From contig JAPLJZ010000252.1 of the NCBI GenBank assembly GCA_026388335.1, forward strand, positions 4,862-68,861: 64,000 nt of DNA, written 5' to 3'. The first letter of the stretch is position 1. Every line of letters starts with the position of its first letter. The DNA is from Deltaproteobacteria bacterium. Its GTDB lineage: Bacteria; Desulfobacterota; Syntrophia; Syntrophales; UBA8958. The translations under genes were made by a program, and so were the position numbers. Shown here piece by piece: positions 1-9,550 of the stretch. The notes beneath the pieces are model-generated. The model saw nothing but the letters and a program-made list of their open reading frames with translations. It had not been told where the DNA came from and did not search any database.

Positions 1-362
1 TTGACTATGTGTCCGCCAAAGGTGAGTATATGGGCGGATGCATCGCGCCGGGGATCATGATCTCCAGTGAGGCCCTCTTCGAGCGGGCGGCGAAGCTACC
101 CCGGGTCGAGTTGAGCAAACCCAGGGCAATCATCGCCAAGGACACGGTGAGCAGCATGCAGGCCGGGATTATGTATGGGTATGCCGGCCTGGTGGACGGA
201 ATCGTCGGACGGATGATGGCGGAGGTAAAAGGCAATCCCATGGTCATCGCCACAGGTGGTCTGGCGAAAATCGTCGCTCCGGAAACAAAAACCATCGAAG
301 TCGTGGATGATATGCTTACCCTGGAAGGCCTGCGGATTATTCATCTGCGAAACAAACAATAA
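1..362 (+). CDS. coaX: Type III pantothenate kinase, C-terminal part (5' end outside window)
   Basis: The frame of ORF 9..362 stays open to the window edge. GGCIAPGI...[12 protein letters not shown]...IATGGLA pattern is typical of the CoaX/Baf family. Its stop abuts the coaE ATG (TAAATG). Confidence 0.8.
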   Translation, partial: DYVSAKGEYMGGCIAPGIMISSEALFERAAKLPRVELSKPRAIIAKDTVSSMQAGIMYGYAGLVDGIVGRMMAEVKGNPMVIATGGLAKIVAPETKTIEVVDDMLTLEGLRIIHLRNKQ

Positions 363-977
363 ATGCTGAATGTAGGCCTGACAGGGGGAATCGCGTCCGG
401 TAAATCCACGGTCGCTGCTATGCTGGTTGAGAAGGGGGCCTTCCATATCGATTTCGATATCCTGGCCCACGGGGTGGAAAAACCTGACATGCCGTCCTGG
501 CGGGCAATAATTGACGCTTTTGGCCCGGAGATCCGGAACGGGGACGGGACGATCAACCGAACCAGACTCGGGGCGATTGTTTTTGCTGATCAAAAGAAGA
601 TGGCCCAACTGAACGCCATTGTCCATCCCGCCGTCTTTACGGCGTGGCGACGCCAACTGGAAGAAATAAAAAAGGAAAAGGCGGACGCTATCGTCCTTTC
701 CGATGTGCCGCTCCTCATTGAGGCGGGGATGAAGCAGATGGTTGACGTGGTTCTCCTCGTGTATATCTCCCCGGAGGAACAGCTCCGGCGCCTCGTGACC
801 AGAAACGGCTATACACGGGAAGAGGCCCTTTCCCGTCTGAGCGCTCAAATGCCAATCCAGGACAAACTGGCCCTCGCCGACCTGATCGTCAACAACGAAG
901 GGTCCCGCAATGAAACGCAGAAACAGGTCGCTACAGTCTGGCGGGAATTGGTCTGCAGGGAAAAGGCAAAAAAATAG
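363..977 (+). CDS. coaE: Dephospho-CoA kinase
   Basis: 204 aa with an N-terminal P-loop GLTGGIASGKST. Size and layout fit CoaE, and it lies directly after coaX. Confidence 0.9.
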   Translation: MLNVGLTGGIASGKSTVAAMLVEKGAFHIDFDILAHGVEKPDMPSWRAIIDAFGPEIRNGDGTINRTRLGAIVFADQKKMAQLNAIVHPAVFTAWRRQLEEIKKEKADAIVLSDVPLLIEAGMKQMVDVVLLVYISPEEQLRRLVTRNGYTREEALSRLSAQMPIQDKLALADLIVNNEGSRNETQKQVATVWRELVCREKAKK

Positions 978-1077
978 CCCTTTCCTTACATCATACCAAT
1001 AAATACTCCTTGAATATATTCCTGAAATGAGTTATAAAAAAGCTGTATAATTTCAGCATTATGGAGGAAACACAAGT

Positions 1078-1692
1078 ATGATCGGAAAAAATGTTTTGAC
1101 GGATTTCAGTTCCAAAGTCTGCGACCCAGTGCTTGATCCGACGGCCTATGTCCATCCCTTGGCCGCAATCATCGGTAATGTCATCTTGGGAAAGAATGTC
1201 ATGGTGTCTCCGTTTGCCTCGGTCCGCGGCGATGAAGGGCAACCCCTTTTCGTCGGTGATAACACCAATATCCAGGACGGAGTCGTCATTCACGCCCTGG
1301 AAACGGAGATGAATGGCCAGGTCATTGAAAAGAACCTCTACGAGGTGGGAGGAAAGAAATATGCGGTTTATGTGGGCAGCCGGGTGTCTTTAGCCCATCA
1401 GGTCCAGATCCACGGACCCGCCGTGGTTCTCGATGAGACCTTCGTCGGCATGAAGTCACTGGTATTCAAGGCCTTTGTCGGTAAGAACTGTGTCATTGAA
1501 CCTGGCTGCATTATCATGGGGGTTACCATTGCCGATGGTCGCTATGTTCCCGCCGGCTCCGTGATCAAGACCCAGGAACAGGCGGACAAGCTGCCGGTCG
1601 TCACCGATGACTACCCCTTCCGGACCCTGAACAAGGGCGTTGTGCATGTCAACACCGCCCTGGCGAAGGGATACCTGGCGGCAAATAAATAG
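1078..1692 (+). CDS. Gamma-class (Cam-type) carbonic anhydrase / hexapeptide-repeat protein
   Basis: Left-handed beta-helix repeats. IQDGVVIHALET, HQVQIHGPA and KLPVVTDDY segments are collinear with my recollection of Methanosarcina Cam, including the His ligand positions. Confidence 0.8.
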   Translation: MIGKNVLTDFSSKVCDPVLDPTAYVHPLAAIIGNVILGKNVMVSPFASVRGDEGQPLFVGDNTNIQDGVVIHALETEMNGQVIEKNLYEVGGKKYAVYVGSRVSLAHQVQIHGPAVVLDETFVGMKSLVFKAFVGKNCVIEPGCIIMGVTIADGRYVPAGSVIKTQEQADKLPVVTDDYPFRTLNKGVVHVNTALAKGYLAANK

Positions 1693-1704
1693 GAATTAAC
1701 CCAT

Positions 1705-1754
1705 ACGGCCCCTGGAACCCGAATCGACGGGATTGCCTGGGGCCGTGTTTTCTC
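1705..1754 (+). terminator. Candidate intrinsic terminator after the carbonic anhydrase gene
   Basis: ACGGCCCC (1705-1712) pairs with GGGGCCGT (1739-1746). An inner CCCG/CGGG stem is present, and the hairpin is followed by GTTTTCTC. Confidence 0.4.
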
Positions 1755-1767
1755 AGGATTAAAATAC

Positions 1768-2682
1768 ATGTCCCGTTTCGCAAGACTGCAAATTATTCTG
1801 ATCGTCATCATATGCCTGGTTCTTGTCGCCCCCGTCGAGGCAAAAAAGACCAAGAAGAAACAACATAGAGCTGTCGCTCCCAAAGCGAAAGCTGTCGCCC
1901 CGGCAGTGAAATCAATAGTCCTCCTGGATATGACAACCGGGAAGATCCTCCAGAGCCGCAACGCCAACCTTGCCGTGCAACCCGCCTCCATCACCAAAGT
2001 GCTCAGCCTGTACATGGTTTATGACGCCGTCTATGCCGGGAAGGCCCAGTGGTCGGACCGAGTCCGCATCAGCCCCAGGGCCGCGCGTACGGGGGGAACG
2101 AGGATGTATCTTGAACCGAATACCGAGGCAACACTGGGGGAACTGGTTACGGGAATGGCCGTCGTATCAGCCAATGACGCTTCCGTGGCCGTCGCCGAAC
2201 ATCTAGGGGGATCCGTGGAGGCCTTTGTCGAACAAATGAATCTTCAGGCAAAAAAACTGGGCATGACCCAGAGCTGCTTCAAGACCCCCAACGGTCTGCC
2301 GGCAAAGGGCCAATATACGACAGCTGCGGACATCGTCAAGCTGTCCACCGCTTATCTGGAACGGTTTCCGGCTTCACTGACCATTCATTCCATGCAGAAA
2401 TTCACCTATCACGGCATCACCCAATTCAACCGGAATCGTCTTCTGGGGCACTATCAAGGTGTGGACGGCCTGAAGACCGGTTATGTCGGGAAGGCGGGCT
2501 GGCATATCGCCGTCACGGCCAAACATGGAGATACCCGTCTTTTAGCCGTCCTCATGGGGGCAAATAACCCAAAATTCAGAAATAAAGAGGCAGCCAAACT
2601 CCTCGATGAAGGGTTTGCCATGGTCAACGGAGGAAAGGCGGCTGTTCTGAAGAACGCTTTAGCGGCTGGTCGCCTTCTGTAA
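1768..2682 (+). CDS. D-alanyl-D-alanine carboxypeptidase (S11 low-MW PBP), exported
   Basis: Signal peptide; SxxK (SITK), SxN (SAND) and KTG motifs in canonical order. Confidence 0.85.
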   Translation: MSRFARLQIILIVIICLVLVAPVEAKKTKKKQHRAVAPKAKAVAPAVKSIVLLDMTTGKILQSRNANLAVQPASITKVLSLYMVYDAVYAGKAQWSDRVRISPRAARTGGTRMYLEPNTEATLGELVTGMAVVSANDASVAVAEHLGGSVEAFVEQMNLQAKKLGMTQSCFKTPNGLPAKGQYTTAADIVKLSTAYLERFPASLTIHSMQKFTYHGITQFNRNRLLGHYQGVDGLKTGYVGKAGWHIAVTAKHGDTRLLAVLMGANNPKFRNKEAAKLLDEGFAMVNGGKAAVLKNALAAGRLL

Positions 2683-3615
2683 TTCCTCAACCAGATTGGG
2701 CGTCACATCGTAGAGATCCCCGACGATTCCCAGGTCGGCGGCCTGGAAAATCGGGGCGTTTTCATCTTTGTTCACGGCACAGATCACCCGGGCGCCGCGA
2801 ATGCCCGTAACATGCTGGATCTGCCCGGAGACGCCCAGACCGATATACAGGTCCGGCTTCACCTGGACCCCGGAAAGACCAATGCAGAGATCATCAGGCA
2901 GCCAGTGCAGCTCCTCCGAAATCGGGCGGGTACAGCCGACCTCCCCCTCGATCAGGTCCGCTAATTGACGGGCAATGTTAATATCCGCCTGCTTCGCCAT
3001 GCCTCGCCCCACACAAATCACCGCTTTGGCTTCCGTGATGTCCTGACTGCTCCGCTCTTTCGTTTTCCTGGCAATAACCCTGACGGGGGAAGACGGCGGC
3101 GGAGGCAGTTTCCTGATTTCCCCTGACCGGCCATGATCCGCAGGGGCCGGGGCAAAGGTCCGGGGGGGAATCGTTGCCATTACCGGTCTGGTTAAGCAGC
3201 TAACCTGCTGAACGGCGGCGCCGCCATAGGCCAGACGTTCCATAACGATAGTCCCGTCTTCTTCCCGGTTCAGGGCGATACAGTTGCTGCAGAGACCGGT
3301 CTCGAGACGGGCGGCCAGACGGGCGGCGAAGTCCTTGCCTCGCGCCGTGGCAGCCAAGAGGATCAAGTCCGGATCGGCTTTTTTCGCTTCTGCGGCGATT
3401 ACCGGAATCCAGGCATCCAGCGACATGTCTTCCCCAAGGGCACTCAACAGCAAGATCTCATCGGCGCCGCCGGCAATATATATGTCGGCTTGATCACCCT
3501 GATCCGGGACAATCGCCGTCACTTTCATCCCTGCCTGCGAGGCAAGGCCCCTGGCAATCGTCAGGAGTTCCAGCGCCAGATCCTTTCTTTCCGCAAAAAT
3601 CCATATTCCTGGCAT
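2659..3615 (-). CDS. etfA: Electron transfer flavoprotein alpha subunit
   Basis: 318 aa with the C-terminal FAD-binding ETF-alpha signature (ISGVQVKPDLYIGLGVSGQIQH). Located downstream of etfB. Confidence 0.9.
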   Translation of the reverse strand: MPGIWIFAERKDLALELLTIARGLASQAGMKVTAIVPDQGDQADIYIAGGADEILLLSALGEDMSLDAWIPVIAAEAKKADPDLILLAATARGKDFAARLAARLETGLCSNCIALNREEDGTIVMERLAYGGAAVQQVSCLTRPVMATIPPRTFAPAPADHGRSGEIRKLPPPPSSPVRVIARKTKERSSQDITEAKAVICVGRGMAKQADINIARQLADLIEGEVGCTRPISEELHWLPDDLCIGLSGVQVKPDLYIGLGVSGQIQHVTGIRGARVICAVNKDENAPIFQAADLGIVGDLYDVTPNLVEELQKATSR

Positions 3616-3625
3616 CTAAGCCTCC

Positions 3626-4393
3626 TTAGCTGATGACGCCCTTCTTTTGCAGGGCCTCTACAAACCGGGCAATCCCCTCCGGCGTCGCAGCAAATATTTC
3701 ACAGTTCCGCTCCATTCGCGTCGCGGTCATCCCAATGGTCTGCAGGCGGGCGGCGCCGACGGCCTGCATCTCTTCCTTCTTTATGGTAACGACAGGCTTC
3801 TTCGACGCCATCAGCGTATCCTTAACCCCGGGGATACGGGGGGTGTTGATCTCCGGCGATACCGTCACCAGGACCGGCAGGGGGGCCTCCACTACCTCGA
3901 CACCTTCTTCGACCCGCCTTTCCACCATGATTCGCCCGTCTTCCCCGATGGTGAGCTTCTGAACATAGGAAATACACGGTATCCCGAGGTTTTCCGCAAG
4001 GCGGGGACCGACCTGCTGGGCATACTGGTCACTGGAGCCCTCACCGCAGATAATAAGATCATAAGGGATGCGGGAGCGGATAATCTCCCCAAGGATAGCC
4101 GCCGTCTGGGAGGATTCAAGCTGGTTGAAAGAAGCATCATTGGCAAAAAAGGCCTGATCCGCCCCCCGGGAAAGGGCGTCTTTCACCCCTTTGGCGGTTT
4201 CGGGGGCCCCCGCAGTCAGCACCGTAACGCTACCTCCGTGCAACCCCTTCAGACGGGCCGCCTCCTCAATGGCGTTGCGGTCGTAATCGCTGATCTTGTA
4301 ATCTACGGCGGAAAAATCCAGGGCGCCGGATGCACTCTTCCGGATATAGGCTTCATCGATAACCCACTTGAAACAGGCAACGATATTGGGCAT
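3626..4393 (-). CDS. etfB: Electron transfer flavoprotein beta subunit
   Basis: An MPNIVACFKWV start preceded by AAGGAG; typical ETF-beta N-terminus. The longer track ORF (to 4450) is an upstream extension. Confidence 0.9.
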   Translation of the reverse strand: MPNIVACFKWVIDEAYIRKSASGALDFSAVDYKISDYDRNAIEEAARLKGLHGGSVTVLTAGAPETAKGVKDALSRGADQAFFANDASFNQLESSQTAAILGEIIRSRIPYDLIICGEGSSDQYAQQVGPRLAENLGIPCISYVQKLTIGEDGRIMVERRVEEGVEVVEAPLPVLVTVSPEINTPRIPGVKDTLMASKKPVVTIKKEEMQAVGAARLQTIGMTATRMERNCEIFAATPEGIARFVEALQKKGVIS

Positions 4394-4451
4394 AACTTGT
4401 GCTCCTTTAACCTTTTCGGGGGACAGATTTGAAATCTGTCCCCCAAGCATT

Positions 4452-5591
4452 CTAACGGAGGACGTTTCCCGAGATGACCATGCGCTGGGCTTCCGAAGTG
4501 CCTTCGTAGATCTCGGTGATCTTGGCGTCCCGCATCAGCCGCTCGACCTTGGCGCCCTTGCAGTAACCGTAGCCGCCGTGGATCTGGACCGCCTTGATGG
4601 TATGGCGCATTGCCGCTTCGGAGGCAAAGAGTTTCGCCATGGCGGCCTCCTTGCTGAAGTTCTGTTTCTGGTCTTTCAGCCAGGCGGCATGATAAGTCAG
4701 AAAACGGGCGGCGCTCAACTCCGTCGCCATGTCGGCGATCATCCAGGAAATAGCCTGATTCTTCGAGATAGGGTTCCCAAACTGGACCCGCTCCTTGGAA
4801 TAGCGGATGGATTCGTCCAAGGCTGCCTGGATAATTCCTATGCACTGGGCGGCAATCCCGACCCGGCCATGATCAAACCCCGCCATAGCCATCACAAGGC
4901 CGGCCCCTTCCTTGCCGAGCAGATTGGCCTTCGGAACACGGCAGTCCTTGAATACCATCTCCGAGGTCTGGGAAGAACGGAGCCCCATCTTCCTGAAATG
5001 CGTCCCTGCTGTCATCCCCGCTGTTCCCTTTGGAATGATAAAGCAGCTCATGCCCTTCCGTCCCGCGGCCTTGTCCGTCCAGGCAAAGACCATGTAGACG
5101 TCCCCGGTGGGTCCGTTGGAGGTAAAGGTCTTCGTACCGTTGAGGACATAGGAGTCGCCGTCGAGAACGGCTGTCGTCGTAGCCGCCATGACGTCGGTCC
5201 CCGCCCCCGGTTCGGTAAGGACAAAGGCCCCTAATTTCTCGCCTTTGGCCATCGGCAGCAGGTATTGCTGTTTCTGTTCCTCCGTCCCGTTCAGGAGGAC
5301 GAGCATACAGGCGATCCCCACATGGATGGAGACGGTAAAACCCGTAGAGGCACAGGAGCGCGACAGTTCTTCAATAGCCAGGATATGGGTCAGATAATCG
5401 GATCCGGCCCCGCCATACTCGGTGGGGATGGGGATCCCCATCCAGTCCCCCTCGGCCAGCTTCTTGAATACCTCGGCGGGATGACGGCTGTTCTCGTCGA
5501 TCTCCACGGCAATCGGCTCCACATACTTGTCGGCGAATTCCCGCATGTTTTTGCGGATGAGTTCCTGTTCCTCGGTCAGCTTAAAATCCAT
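4452..5591 (-). CDS. Acyl-CoA dehydrogenase (short/butyryl-CoA type)
   Basis: 379 aa. ACAD N-terminal, middle and C-terminal domains are recognisable (LTEPGAGTD, QIHGGYGY, EIYEGTSE). Confidence 0.9.
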   Translation of the reverse strand: MDFKLTEEQELIRKNMREFADKYVEPIAVEIDENSRHPAEVFKKLAEGDWMGIPIPTEYGGAGSDYLTHILAIEELSRSCASTGFTVSIHVGIACMLVLLNGTEEQKQQYLLPMAKGEKLGAFVLTEPGAGTDVMAATTTAVLDGDSYVLNGTKTFTSNGPTGDVYMVFAWTDKAAGRKGMSCFIIPKGTAGMTAGTHFRKMGLRSSQTSEMVFKDCRVPKANLLGKEGAGLVMAMAGFDHGRVGIAAQCIGIIQAALDESIRYSKERVQFGNPISKNQAISWMIADMATELSAARFLTYHAAWLKDQKQNFSKEAAMAKLFASEAAMRHTIKAVQIHGGYGYCKGAKVERLMRDAKITEIYEGTSEAQRMVISGNVLR

Positions 5592-5707
5592 AATCCCCCT
5601 CCTCTTTCATATTTTCCAGGCCTGATATAAGCCCGATGTTCGATTTGACCGCATCCTTGTAACAGCATGATGATAAATTTTCAAGGCTAATGAGCCGGGT
5701 CCCCCGC

Positions 5708-5992
5708 TCAGCCGAAACGTAACTGGACACCGGCGCCGCCTTCCGGATAGGTCCATTCCAGGATGTCGTTCCCACAGACCAGGCGACAGGTCCCGCATTC
5801 GAGGCAGCCGTCGATGGTCAGGGACGTCTCTCCCTGTTCATTGACGATGTAAAGACCGGCCGGACAGATCATGGCCATCTTCCTGAGCCGGGGATCTTTT
5901 TCCTTGCCCGTTCTGATTTTTATATGGGCTGCGACGCCGGGTTTGAAAACGTCGAGTCCCAACTTCGCTTTCAGATCCATAGACTCGTTCAT
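5708..5992 (-). CDS. fixX: Ferredoxin-like protein FixX
   Basis: 94 aa from MNESMDLK, with the Cys pattern CPAGLY...CLECGTCRLVC. The ATGA start/stop overlap with fixC implies translational coupling. Confidence 0.75.
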   Translation of the reverse strand: MNESMDLKAKLGLDVFKPGVAAHIKIRTGKEKDPRLRKMAMICPAGLYIVNEQGETSLTIDGCLECGTCRLVCGNDILEWTYPEGGAGVQLRFG

Positions 5993-7275
5993 ATCTTCGT
6001 CACCTCCCGGAAGTCTTTGAACATACCCCACATTTCCCCCAAACCCAGGTACTTTCTGACGGTGGGGTAGAGCCGGTCTTTGGGACCCGCGGGAACGCTG
6101 TAAATATCCCTGAAGATATTCCCGTTCAACTCATTGTAGTGACTGAAGAATCTAGGATTATTCATGAAGGATGGCGTCGCCTGAAAGTTCTGAAAATCCT
6201 TCAGGACAAAACTTTCCTGAAGGAGGCAACCGTATTCCGAGAGGGTTACGGCGTCAAAACTCCCCATCTCCTTTGCCTTCAAGACGGTCTTGGCTGCATA
6301 GTAGCCCGAGGCCAGGGCGTATTCCATCCCTCGGACGGTAAAGCCCATATTCAGGGTAAAACCGGCGGCGTCACCGGCGATAAGGATACCATCGCCATGG
6401 AGGGGGTGAAGGGCCTTGAATCCCCCTTCGGGGATGAGGTGGGCGGCGTATTCCACCGTGGCGCCCCCCCGGATCAGGCAGGCAATCTCCGGGCGCGCTT
6501 TGAAGGACTCCATGAGAACCGGCGCCTCCAGGTTGCCTCCCTTCTCCATCATATCTTCGATGCCGATGACGATGCCGAGACTGACGCTTTCCTTATTGGT
6601 ATAAAGAAAGCCGCCGCCGAACATGCCTTTCGTGACCTCCCCGATAAACAGGCGGGCGGCCCCTTCACTGCCCTGCAAGTGAAACCGGTCATTGATCTTT
6701 TCCGCATCCAGGGCAATGACCTCTTTAATCCCCAGGGCGTAATTATGAGGCATTGCCACAGGATGCAGTCCCGCCTGCTCCCCAAGCAAGGAAAGGACGC
6801 CGTCGCAGGCGATCACGACGTCGGCGTGGAGCTCATCCCCGCCCGCCAGCACGCCAACGACTTTCCCATTTTCCTTGATGACGTTTTCCACCCGGATCTT
6901 GGGCAGAATCATGGCCCCTTTTGCTTCGACCTGCTCGGCAAACCAGCGGTCGAACCGGGCACGGAGAATGCTGTAGCTCTGGTGCGGTTCCTGCCGCAGT
7001 TCATCGCCGGCATAATCGATGGCGACGGACCGCTCCTTTGCCATCAGGGTCACCCCTTCATGGACGATGAACCGTTCCAGCGGGGCCTCCGGCCAGAGAT
7101 CAGGAAATAAATCCCGCACCGGATTTACATAGATGCGGCCACCGGTGACATTTTTCGCGCCGGGGTAATCCCCCCGTTCCAGGACAAGGACTTCGAGGCC
7201 CTGCCCCGCCAAGGTATAGGCAGCCCCCAACCCAGCCAGTCCCGCCCCGACGACGATGACATCAAATTTTTCCAT
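5989..7275 (-). CDS. fixC: FAD-dependent ETF-quinone oxidoreductase-like protein FixC
   Basis: N-terminal dinucleotide fold DVIVVGAGLAGLGAAYTLA; 428 aa; followed by fixX. Confidence 0.8.
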   Translation of the reverse strand: MEKFDVIVVGAGLAGLGAAYTLAGQGLEVLVLERGDYPGAKNVTGGRIYVNPVRDLFPDLWPEAPLERFIVHEGVTLMAKERSVAIDYAGDELRQEPHQSYSILRARFDRWFAEQVEAKGAMILPKIRVENVIKENGKVVGVLAGGDELHADVVIACDGVLSLLGEQAGLHPVAMPHNYALGIKEVIALDAEKINDRFHLQGSEGAARLFIGEVTKGMFGGGFLYTNKESVSLGIVIGIEDMMEKGGNLEAPVLMESFKARPEIACLIRGGATVEYAAHLIPEGGFKALHPLHGDGILIAGDAAGFTLNMGFTVRGMEYALASGYYAAKTVLKAKEMGSFDAVTLSEYGCLLQESFVLKDFQNFQATPSFMNNPRFFSHYNELNGNIFRDIYSVPAGPKDRLYPTVRKYLGLGEMWGMFKDFREVTKI

Positions 7276-7352
7276 GATTTCCTCTCCCGAAAGAGGATTT
7301 TATAAATGTGCGTGAATATAGCGCGTTTCCATGGGGAGTGCAACCCCTCTGG

Positions 7353-7394
7353 AAAGAAAAAAGAAAGGCCGCCCCGAATATCGGAACGGCCTTC
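7353..7394 (-). terminator. Intrinsic terminator after the MFS transporter gene
   Basis: On the minus strand, AAGGCCG...CGGCCTT forms a 7-bp stem (plus coordinates 7365-7371 and 7388-7394), followed by TCTTTTTTCTTTC. Confidence 0.55.
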
Positions 7395-7417
7395 TTTGCA
7401 GCTATATAAATTACTTG

Positions 7418-8743
7418 TTACTTCGTCGGGGGTTTGAGCATCCAGACGATCCCGATGGAGGCCAGGCACATGACACCAGAGATCATGAACGATGTCACGT
7501 AATTTCCGGCGGCAAACTGCTTGACGATCATGGCGCCTTTATCCATGGCTTCGTAAGGGATCTTGCCCACAATGGTCATGAGCTTCGGGGCCAGCCAGGG
7601 GCCAAAAAGCCCGCCAACGCCGTAGGCGGCAAACATGAAGCCATAATTGGCCCCCACATTCTTGGTTCCAAAGTAGTCGGCCGTCACGGCCGGATAGAGC
7701 CCGAGGAAACCGCCGAAGCAGAAACCGACGGAGCACACGCCGACCAGGAACATGGGATAGGAAGTAAAGGTGTTGAGGAGAAGCATGGTCACGCCGGCAT
7801 AGGCGAAGATAATCATCAGGGTCATTTTACGACCGATGACGTCGGAGACCTGACCCCAGACGAGACGGCCGGCGGCATTTAGAATGGCCACGATCATGAC
7901 AGCCAGCGCCCCCTGATCGGCGACTGCTTTAAAGGCGTCCTTGGAGACGGTGGGCATGGCCTTGGCAAGCTCGATCATGGAGGGAGACTGCCACATATTG
8001 GTGATGTTCATGATGATCATGAGACCAGCCATACAACCGGCAAAGTAGGTAATCCAGAGTAAATAGAACTGCGGGGTCCTGAGCATCTCCATCGTCGTGA
8101 AGTCGCCGCCGCTTGCCTTGGCAACACCGGGGACCGGGGCCGGGGGATTCCAGCCTTCCGGTTTGTAACCCACCGGCGGGACAACCATGAGCTGGGCGCC
8201 GAGGACAACGGCCACGAGAAAAATAATACCCAGGTACATGAAAGTAGACATGATGCCGGAAGAGGCGATGAAGGCCTTGGCGATGGGGGTAAAAACCAGG
8301 GCGCCGGCACCGAATCCGGCCACGGCAAGACCGGTGATCATCCCGCGTTTATCGGGGAACCATTTCACGCAGGTAGCAATAGGGCACACATAAGCGGCGC
8401 CGATCCCCAGACCGCCGATGACACTGAAGGCGATGGTGAACATCATCAGATCCGTCGCGAAGGACGCAATGATGAGTCCCACGCCCAGCATGGCGCCGCC
8501 GACTGAGGCGACGAGGCGTGGGCCGATCTTGTCCTGGATCTTCCCGGCGAAAATGACGCCAACGGCAAAAAAGGCCAAAATGAGCTGTGACGGAAGGGCA
8601 AGATCGGTTGCACTCCACGTAGGGAATTTGGCCATCAAACTGGGCTTAAAGACGCTGTAGATATAAACAGCGCCAAGACTTACCTGGATCAGCATCGCGC
8701 CGACCACTACCAACCATCTGTTAAACGTTTTTTCACCTGCCAT
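7418..8743 (-). CDS. MFS transporter, oxalate/formate antiporter-like (OFA) family
   Basis: 441 aa, about 12 predicted hydrophobic helices; general resemblance to OFA/lactate-type MFS proteins. Confidence 0.7.
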   Translation of the reverse strand: MAGEKTFNRWLVVVGAMLIQVSLGAVYIYSVFKPSLMAKFPTWSATDLALPSQLILAFFAVGVIFAGKIQDKIGPRLVASVGGAMLGVGLIIASFATDLMMFTIAFSVIGGLGIGAAYVCPIATCVKWFPDKRGMITGLAVAGFGAGALVFTPIAKAFIASSGIMSTFMYLGIIFLVAVVLGAQLMVVPPVGYKPEGWNPPAPVPGVAKASGGDFTTMEMLRTPQFYLLWITYFAGCMAGLMIIMNITNMWQSPSMIELAKAMPTVSKDAFKAVADQGALAVMIVAILNAAGRLVWGQVSDVIGRKMTLMIIFAYAGVTMLLLNTFTSYPMFLVGVCSVGFCFGGFLGLYPAVTADYFGTKNVGANYGFMFAAYGVGGLFGPWLAPKLMTIVGKIPYEAMDKGAMIVKQFAAGNYVTSFMISGVMCLASIGIVWMLKPPTK

Positions 8744-8803
8744 TTACAAAGTCCTCCTTCTCACAATAATGCCGCGCTCTTTAACACAGTCGCCAGGTAA
8801 AGT

Positions 8804-9373
8804 CTAACGGATTTTTGCGTATTCTTCGGGGGTATTGATGTTGAGGAACATCCGTCCGTCCGGGTCGAATCGCCGGATGGCATCCGGTCCGATGACCTTT
8901 AATTTCATGCCCTTGTAGAAGCCGGTGACCTTGAGTTTGTCCTGACCCAATAAGCGCTGAATGGTTCCCATACAACTCCTGGCATAAACGGCATGGAGGG
9001 GCTGGAAACCATCGGCGGTTTCGGGGACAACGATGTCGGCGTCCCGGGATTGCTCCAGCAGATAACGGATAAATTCGCCGCTGAGGAAGGGCATGTCGCA
9101 GGCAGCGAAGAACGCCGGATCGGAGGCGGCATAAAAGAGACCCGTATAGATCCCCATCAGGGGTCCTTTGTGCTTGATAAGATCGGTGACAAGGGTTACA
9201 TCTATATCGTAATACAGATGGGGTTCATTTGTCACCAGGATGATTTCATCGAAGATATCCCTGTAAATTCTGACAGTACGGTCTATAAGCCTTTCCCCCT
9301 CCACGGAGAGGAAAGCCTTGTTGGTTCCCATCCGCGTATTCTTGCCGCCCGTCAGAATAATTCCGGTTCCCAT
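8804..9373 (-). CDS. mobA: Molybdenum cofactor guanylyltransferase
   Basis: N-terminal GIILTGGKNTRMGTNKAFL nucleotide-binding motif; 189 aa. Confidence 0.8.
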   Translation of the reverse strand: MGTGIILTGGKNTRMGTNKAFLSVEGERLIDRTVRIYRDIFDEIILVTNEPHLYYDIDVTLVTDLIKHKGPLMGIYTGLFYAASDPAFFAACDMPFLSGEFIRYLLEQSRDADIVVPETADGFQPLHAVYARSCMGTIQRLLGQDKLKVTGFYKGMKLKVIGPDAIRRFDPDGRMFLNINTPEEYAKIR

Positions 9374-9550
9374 AAGGATAGCTTAGCACAAATTATTTTT
9401 TAGTCCAAGGATTTAGGGGAATTGCAATTCTACTTGATAAAAAGGGAGACAAAGGATAGTAAACAGGCCGGTCGTATCGAAACTTAGCGACCATCCCGGA
9501 ATGCCCATTGGGAGTAAATACCGGTGACCGGGACGACACGGAGGCAAGAG

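Noticed and set aside
9374-9550. Molybdenum-cofactor riboswitch in the mobA 5' region
   Set aside because: One hairpin (GGTCG...CGACC) is visible, but I could not recognise the conserved Moco-motif core. This is not supportable by eye.
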